From Alphaproteobacteria bacterium (GTDB taxonomy: Bacteria; Pseudomonadota; Alphaproteobacteria; UBA828), in assembly GCA_963667785.2 (NCBI GenBank), contig CAXXMU010000002.1:736001-800000 (forward strand): a stretch of DNA of 64,000 bases. Direction: 5' to 3'. The position numbers and the translations under genes were made by a program. Positions 58,317-64,000 of this stretch are shown one piece after another (position 1 is the first letter of the stretch; every line of letters begins with the position of its first letter). The notes under the pieces were generated by a model. That model did not search any database and was not told the origin of the DNA. It was given only the letters and a program-made list of their open reading frames with translations.

Positions 58317-59352
58317 ACACCGCCATCGCGCCGATCTGATGCGCGGCTCCCAGCGGCACCGGCACGAAGGCGAGCAGCGTCGCGATGCCGAGGCCGAACT
58401 GACACAGCACCGCGGCGGCCGCCGCGTGGAGCACGCCACGCAGCGTGCGGGTCGACGGCCAGCGTAGCGCGGCGGCCCAGATCACGAGCACGACGAGGGT
58501 GGTCAGCATCGCCAGCAGGCGGTGGTCGAGCTGAACCAGCGGCACGTTCTCGAAGAAGTTCCGCCACAGCGGCTCGATCAGGAAGATGTCAGGCGGAACG
58601 ATGGCGCCCGCCATCAGGGGAAAGGTGTTGTAGGCGAGACCCGCGTCGTTGCCGGCGACGAAGGCGCCGGAGAGGATGGTGAGGAAGAGCAGCGCCGTCG
58701 CCGTCCAGAGGGCGCCGCGCCAACGGCCCGGCCGTCGCAGGCTCCCGGTCGCGCCGCCCTGCGTCAACAAGCCGAGCGCCACCCAGAGCAGGCAGCCGTA
58801 GATCAGCACCGCGAGGCCGAGATGCGCGGCGAGGCGGTAGGGGCTCACGTCGGGGCGGTCCACCAGCCCGCTCTGCACCATGTACCAGCCGAGCAGCCCC
58901 TGGAGCCCGCCGAGGACGCCGATGGTGAACAGCTTGACGGCGAGGACGCGGTCGAAGGCGCGGCGGACCAGGAACCAGACGAAGGGCACCGCGAAGGCGA
59001 GGCCTACGATCCGGCCGAGCAGGCGATGCGCGTACTCGAGCCAGAAGATCTCCTTGAACCCCTCCAGGGTCATGCCCCGGTTGATCGCCTGGTACTCGGG
59101 GAAGCGCTTGTAGTCGGCGAAGAGCGCCTCCCACGCGTCCGTGCCGAAGGGCGGCACGATGCCGACCAGCGGGCGCCAGTCCACCATCGAGAGGCCGGCG
59201 TGATGGAGGCGGGTGATGCCGCCGAGCACCACCATCGCCAGCACCAGCCCGGCGAGCGCGAGCAGCCAGCAAGCGACGGCGCGGCGCTGCCGGACGACGG
59301 CATCGGACGCGGCGCCGTCGCGACGGACGGGCCGGAGGGCCGCGGCGTCCAC
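58222..59352 (-). CDS. ctaA: Heme A synthase (COX15/CtaA)
   Basis: GGITRL..AGLSMVDW, FWLEYAHR, QG..GWYMV.SGL, RLAAH, AGLAYNTFP, HR, HQ; GTG start approximate. Confidence 0.92.
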   Translation of the reverse strand: MDAAALRPVRRDGAASDAVVRQRRAVACWLLALAGLVLAMVVLGGITRLHHAGLSMVDWRPLVGIVPPFGTDAWEALFADYKRFPEYQAINRGMTLEGFKEIFWLEYAHRLLGRIVGLAFAVPFVWFLVRRAFDRVLAVKLFTIGVLGGLQGLLGWYMVQSGLVDRPDVSPYRLAAHLGLAVLIYGCLLWVALGLLTQGGATGSLRRPGRWRGALWTATALLFLTILSGAFVAGNDAGLAYNTFPLMAGAIVPPDIFLIEPLWRNFFENVPLVQLDHRLLAMLTTLVVLVIWAAALRWPSTRTLRGVLHAAAAAVLCQFGLGIATLLAFVPVPLGAAHQIGAMAVFTASVAALRLLHPARVAPPAAASSPVPSRSA

Positions 59353-59393
59353 GGGTGCTTCGGAAGAGGCCGGGGGCAGCGGCTGCGGGCGCG

Positions 59394-60689
59394 TCAGCCG
59401 CCTCGGCGCGCGGCGGTCCGGGCGTCGTCCCCCCGCCCGTCCGCGCTTCCAGCCCCGGCGCGGCGCGGGTAGCGGCTCGCCACGTAGTCGGCGACGATCT
59501 CCTGGAACTCCTCGGCGATGGTGGGGCCGCGCAGGGTCATCGCCTTCCTTCCGTCGATGAAGACCGGCGCCGCCGGCGCCTCGCCGGTGCCCGGCAGGCT
59601 GATGCCGATATCGGCGTGCTTGCTCTCGCCCGGGCCGTTGACGATGCAACCCATGACCGCGAGCTGCATGGTCTCGACCCCCTCGTAGGTCTCGCGCCAG
59701 ACGGGCATCTGCTGCCTGACATAGTCCTGGATCCGCTCGGCGAGCTCCTGGAACACGGTGCTCGTCGTGCGCCCGCAGCCGGGGCACGCGGCAACGAGGG
59801 GCACGAAGGAACGGAAGCCCATGGTCTGGAGGATCTCCTGGGCGACCACCACCTCCTGGGTGCGATCGCCGCCGGGCTCCGGCGTGAGCGAGATGCGGAT
59901 GGTGTCGCCGATGCCCCGCTGCAGCAGCACCGCGAGCGCCGCGGTGGACGCCACGATGCCCTTCGATCCCATTCCCGCCTCGGTGAGGCCGAGATGGAGC
60001 GCGTAGTCGCTGCGCCTGCCGAGCTCGCGGTAGACGGCGATCAGGTCCTGCACCTGGGAGACCTTGGCCGAGATCACGATCCTGTCGCGCGCGAGCCCGA
60101 TCTGTTCCGCGAGCGCGGCGCTACGAAGTCCCGATTCGACCAGCGCCTCGCGCATGACTCCCGCCGCATCCTTCGGCTCGGGCCGGGCCGCATTGGCGTC
60201 CATCAACTCCGCCAGCAGGTCCTGGTCGAGGCTGCCCCAGTTCACCCCGATGCGCACCGGCCGGTCGTACCGGATGGCGGCCTCGATCATGGTCTGGAAC
60301 TGGCGGTCGCGCTTCTCGCGAAAGCCCACGTTGCCCGGATTGATCCGGTACTTGGCGAGCGCCTCGGCGCAGGCCGGATGCTCGGTGAGGAGGCGATGGC
60401 CGTTGTAGTGGAAGTCGCCGACGAGCGGCACGGGGCAGCCTTCCGCCTCCAGCCGCTCGCGGATCCGGGGCACCGCGGCCGCCGCCTCCGGCGTGTTGAC
60501 GGTGATGCGGACGATCTCCGAGCCCGCGTCGGCGAGCGCTCTGACCTGCTCCGCCGTGGCGCGGGCGTCCTCGGTATCGGTATTGGTCATCGACTGGACG
60601 ACGACCGGCGCGCCGCCGCCGATCATGACGCCGCCGACCCTGACACCGACGCTCTCGCGCCGCCCCTCACCGGAGCCGTTCGCAGTCAT
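59394..60689 (-). CDS. ispG: HMBPP synthase
   Basis: [55 protein letters not shown]. Confidence 0.97.
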   Translation of the reverse strand: MTANGSGEGRRESVGVRVGGVMIGGGAPVVVQSMTNTDTEDARATAEQVRALADAGSEIVRITVNTPEAAAAVPRIRERLEAEGCPVPLVGDFHYNGHRLLTEHPACAEALAKYRINPGNVGFREKRDRQFQTMIEAAIRYDRPVRIGVNWGSLDQDLLAELMDANAARPEPKDAAGVMREALVESGLRSAALAEQIGLARDRIVISAKVSQVQDLIAVYRELGRRSDYALHLGLTEAGMGSKGIVASTAALAVLLQRGIGDTIRISLTPEPGGDRTQEVVVAQEILQTMGFRSFVPLVAACPGCGRTTSTVFQELAERIQDYVRQQMPVWRETYEGVETMQLAVMGCIVNGPGESKHADIGISLPGTGEAPAAPVFIDGRKAMTLRGPTIAEEFQEIVADYVASRYPRRAGAGSADGRGDDARTAARRGG

Positions 60690-60789
60690 CGTCGCTCCCT
60701 CAGCCGGCCGGGGACTCCATGGGCCGCTGTCTACCACAGCCCGCGCGGGCCAGCCACCGCCGCGGCATACGATTTGCGGCCCGCCGCCC

Positions 60790-61620
60790 CTACCCCAGCA
60801 CCTGCTCCTTCGCGCGGTGGAGGAAGGCGGTGGCGGACGCGATGGTCTTGTCCGGGCACTCGACCAGGTCGGCATGGCCGATGTCCTCGTAGACGATGGC
60901 CTCGCAGCCCGGCACGTTGTCCACGACCCACTGCGCGCCGGCGCCGTCCGGCCCCGTCACCATCGGGGTCAGCATGTCCTTGGCGGCGGTGATGACCAGC
61001 GTCGGGTTCCTGATCTTCCTGCAGTCCTCGCGCAGGTCCATCTCCTCCATGGCGATGCAGGCCTGGACCACGGTCTCCACCGCGTTCAGCCCGACGATGG
61101 TGCGCACCATCTCGATCAGCGGCGGGCCGTCGGGGCTGTCGAGATAGTCGGCGCCCACGGCCTGCGTCACCACGTGATCGGCGAACTCGGGACCGCAGCC
61201 CCAGGTCTGGGCCATGTGGCGCCAGGTGCGGAACATGATCCGGCGCATGCGATCGCACTTCGCAAACGCGCAGTCGCTCACCACGCCGATGCAGCGGTCG
61301 GGATGCTTGGCCGCGAACTTGAGCGCGATCATGCCGCCGGCCGAGGTGCCCATCACGTGGGCGCGGTCGATGCCGAGGGTATCGAGCAGCGCCGCCAGGT
61401 CGTCCGCCCAGATGTCGAGGTCGTACTTCATAAGCGGACGGTCGCTCTTGCCGTAGCCGCGCTGGTCGTAGCTGATGAGCTGGAAGGATTCCGCGAGCCC
61501 CTCCCACACCATCGCGAAGTTCTGGCGGCCGAAGAGCGAGCCGCCGATCAGCGCGAGCGGGTCGCCTTGTCCCATCAGCTCGTAGTAGATATTGATCCCG
61601 TTGGCTTCGACCTTCGGCAT
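60790..61620 (-). CDS. Alpha/beta hydrolase (enol-lactonase-like)
   Basis: [15 protein letters not shown] nucleophile elbow, D (AKDML), GH. Confidence 0.85.
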   Translation of the reverse strand: MPKVEANGINIYYELMGQGDPLALIGGSLFGRQNFAMVWEGLAESFQLISYDQRGYGKSDRPLMKYDLDIWADDLAALLDTLGIDRAHVMGTSAGGMIALKFAAKHPDRCIGVVSDCAFAKCDRMRRIMFRTWRHMAQTWGCGPEFADHVVTQAVGADYLDSPDGPPLIEMVRTIVGLNAVETVVQACIAMEEMDLREDCRKIRNPTLVITAAKDMLTPMVTGPDGAGAQWVVDNVPGCEAIVYEDIGHADLVECPDKTIASATAFLHRAKEQVLG

Positions 61621-61709
61621 GACAATTTCCTCCCCATCACCTGTCCCCGCCCCTCCGGGCGACGTGTGCGCGCGCGGGCGCCCGGCCGCATGATGGACCG
61701 AGAGCGCCG

Positions 61710-64000
61710 ATGAACCTAGCGCCGGAATGGGCGGAGGCTGCGGCGCGGCCGCCGCTGCCTGCGGATGCCGAGGCGCTGACGCTCTGCTGGGAGCGCTGGC
61801 GCGAGAACGCCGCCGGCGGCGGCGACGAGGGCCTTGCCGCCTTCGCCGAGGCCTGCCACGCGGACCCTCGGGCAAAGGCGCTGCTCGAAGCGGTCTTCGG
61901 CAACAGCCGCTATCTCAGCCACTGCCTCATCGCCGACCAGGGCTTCGCCCGCCTGCTGATCGAGCAGGGGCCCGAGGCCGCCTACGCCGCCGCCCGCGAG
62001 ATGGCAGGCGACGTCAGCGCGCTCGGCGACGAATCGCGCCAGCAGGTGATGAAGCGGCTCAGGGTGGCGAAACGCCGCGCAAGCCTCGCCATCGGCATGG
62101 CCGACATCGCCTCCGTCTGGCCGCTGGAACGGGTGACGGGCGCGCTCTCCGACATCGCCTCGGCCACCCTCAGCGCGGTCTGCACCCACCTGCTGCGCGC
62201 GCTGCACGAGCGCGGCAAGCTCGCCCTGCCCGATCCGGAGGCGCCCGAGCGGGGCTCCGGCCTCATCATCCTCGGCATGGGCAAGCTCGGCGCCGGCGAG
62301 CTCAACTATTCGAGCGACGTGGACATCATCGTCCTCTTCGACGAGGAGATCGCGTCCGACCCGAGCGGCGACGGGTTGCAGCAGACCTTCGCGCGGCTGG
62401 CCCGCAACCTGGTCACCATCATGGACGAGCGCACGGCGGACGGATACGTCTTCCGCACCGATCTCAGGCTCCGGCCCGATCCCGGCTCGACCGCAGCCGC
62501 GCTCTCGGTCCGGGCCGCCGAGGCCTATTACGCGACGACCGGGGAGAACTGGGAACGGGCCGCGATGATCAAGGCGAAGCCCGTCGCCGGCGACATCGAG
62601 GCCGGCGAGGGATTCCTCGAGCGGCTGCAGCCCTTCATCTGGCGCCGCCACCTCGACTTCGCCGCCATCCAGAACATTCGCGCGATCAAGCGCCAGATCG
62701 ACGCCCACCGCGGCCTCGGCCAGGTCGCCGTCGCCGGGCACAACATCAAGCTCGGGCGCGGCGGCATCCGCGAGATCGAGTTCCTGGCGCAGACCCAGCA
62801 GCTCATCTGGGGCGGGCGGGATGCGGCGCTGCGCGTGCGCGGCACCCGCGAGGCCTTCGACCTCCTGGTGACCGCCGGCCACATGCGCCGCCAGGCGGTC
62901 GACGAGCTGATGGAGGCCTACGTCTTCCACCGCACCGTCGAGCACCGGCTGCAGATGGCGGACGACCGGCAGACCCACAGCCTGCCCGACGACGACGAGG
63001 GTGTCGCCCAGGTGGCGACCTTCCTCGGATACGACTCGGTGGAGGCGTTCACGGAGGCGCTGCTCGCCCGGCTGCGGACGGTGGAGCGCCACTACACGAC
63101 GCTCTTCGAAGACGAGCCCGCGCTCACGACGGAAGGCACGCTCGACTTCAGCGCCGCGGCCGACGGCGATGCGACCCTGGAGACCCTGGCGGCCATGGGC
63201 TACGCCCATCCCGAGCGCGCGTTCGAGACCCTGCGCGCCTGGCACGAAGGCCGCTATCGGGCCGTGCGCAGCGAGGAAGCTCGGGAGCGGCTGGCCGAGC
63301 TGCTGCCGACCGTCCTGGACGTCTTCGCCGCCTGGCCGGATCCCGACTCGGCGCTTTCGCTCTTCGACGGGTTCCTGGCCCGCCTCCCCGCCGGCTCGCA
63401 TCTCTTCTCCATGTTCGCGGCCCATCCGGAGCTGTTCGACCTGATCACGGAGATCATGGGGTCCGCGCCGCGCCTCGCCGGCTGGCTGGAACACCGGCCG
63501 ATGCTGCTCGACAGCGTGCTAAGCCGCGAGTTCTCGGACCTGGACGTGCCGGACGCCGACGAGCTGGGGCCCGAGCTCGCGACCATCGCGCGCCGCGGCC
63601 TCGTGCGCGTGTTCTACGAACGCGAGTTCGGCGTGGCGGAGATGAGGGCGGAGCTTGCCGACGTGGCGCTGCGCGCGCGCGACGTGCAGGACTTCCTCGA
63701 TGCCGAGAGACGCTGGGCGAACGACAAGATCTTCCACATCGGCGTGCACATGCTGCGCGGGCTCCTCTTCCCGGTGGAGGCGGCCACCCCGCTCTCCGAT
63801 ATCGCGGACGCCTGCCTGAGTGCCACCCTGCCCGTCGTCGCGGACGCGTTTGCGGCCACGCACGGACGGATTCCCGGCGGCCGCTTCGCCGTGGTCGCGC
63901 TCGGCCGCCTCGGCAGCCGGCAAATGACCGTGACCGCGCCGCTCGACCTCATGCTCGTCTACGATCACCCGCCCGGCGCCGAGGAATCCGACGGACGCAA
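61710..64000 (+). CDS. glnE: Glutamine synthetase adenylyltransferase/removase (partial, runs off the window)
   Basis: Translated by hand from ATG 61710: GMGKLGAGELNYSSDVDII, FRTDLRLRPDP, WERAAMIKA, NIKLGRGGIREIEF, EHRLQM. Absent from the ORF track because it has no stop in the window. Confidence 0.92.
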   Translation, partial: MNLAPEWAEAAARPPLPADAEALTLCWERWRENAAGGGDEGLAAFAEACHADPRAKALLEAVFGNSRYLSHCLIADQGFARLLIEQGPEAAYAAAREMAGDVSALGDESRQQVMKRLRVAKRRASLAIGMADIASVWPLERVTGALSDIASATLSAVCTHLLRALHERGKLALPDPEAPERGSGLIILGMGKLGAGELNYSSDVDIIVLFDEEIASDPSGDGLQQTFARLARNLVTIMDERTADGYVFRTDLRLRPDPGSTAAALSVRAAEAYYATTGENWERAAMIKAKPVAGDIEAGEGFLERLQPFIWRRHLDFAAIQNIRAIKRQIDAHRGLGQVAVAGHNIKLGRGGIREIEFLAQTQQLIWGGRDAALRVRGTREAFDLLVTAGHMRRQAVDELMEAYVFHRTVEHRLQMADDRQTHSLPDDDEGVAQVATFLGYDSVEAFTEALLARLRTVERHYTTLFEDEPALTTEGTLDFSAAADGDATLETLAAMGYAHPERAFETLRAWHEGRYRAVRSEEARERLAELLPTVLDVFAAWPDPDSALSLFDGFLARLPAGSHLFSMFAAHPELFDLITEIMGSAPRLAGWLEHRPMLLDSVLSREFSDLDVPDADELGPELATIARRGLVRVFYEREFGVAEMRAELADVALRARDVQDFLDAERRWANDKIFHIGVHMLRGLLFPVEAATPLSDIADACLSATLPVVADAFAATHGRIPGGRFAVVALGRLGSRQMTVTAPLDLMLVYDHPPGAEESDGR

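Overview
High-GC alphaproteobacterial chromosome segment (gene order and proteins look Rhodospirillales-like; the taxonomy is inference). It probably contains the replication terminus: a 28-bp dif-like XerCD site lies between an MBL hydrolase gene and mazG. Conserved core blocks (tmk-holB-metG-tatD-MBL-mazG; ribF-ileS-lspA-DUF3035-mutL; ctaA-ispG; glnE) alternate with accessory regions. (i) A 1312-aa lipoprotein/autotransporter-like surface protein with six PPC-like repeats. (ii) A ~23-kb catabolic region: fused TPP-dependent E1, duplicated urea-carboxylase/PxpBC-like pairs, a TarD-like enolase, BKACE, a hydantoinase/acetone-carboxylase-like trimer with a cysteine amidohydrolase, tandem HpcH aldolases, tandem near-identical orphan solute-binding proteins, and a Co-type nitrile hydratase with a split beta subunit. 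(iii) A Liv-type ABC transporter. (iv) A ~10-kb lower-GC lipid/sterol-type locus, the best candidate for an undescribed system: a GPP34(GOLPH3-like)-cytochrome P450 fusion lacking the I-helix acid-alcohol pair, a COG2907-like flavoprotein, an MMPL/RND + outer-membrane barrel + LolA-like trans-envelope module, and a Rieske oxygenase. I saw no rRNA, tRNA, CRISPR array, transposase or integrase. All calls come from motif recognition by eye; no database searches were run.
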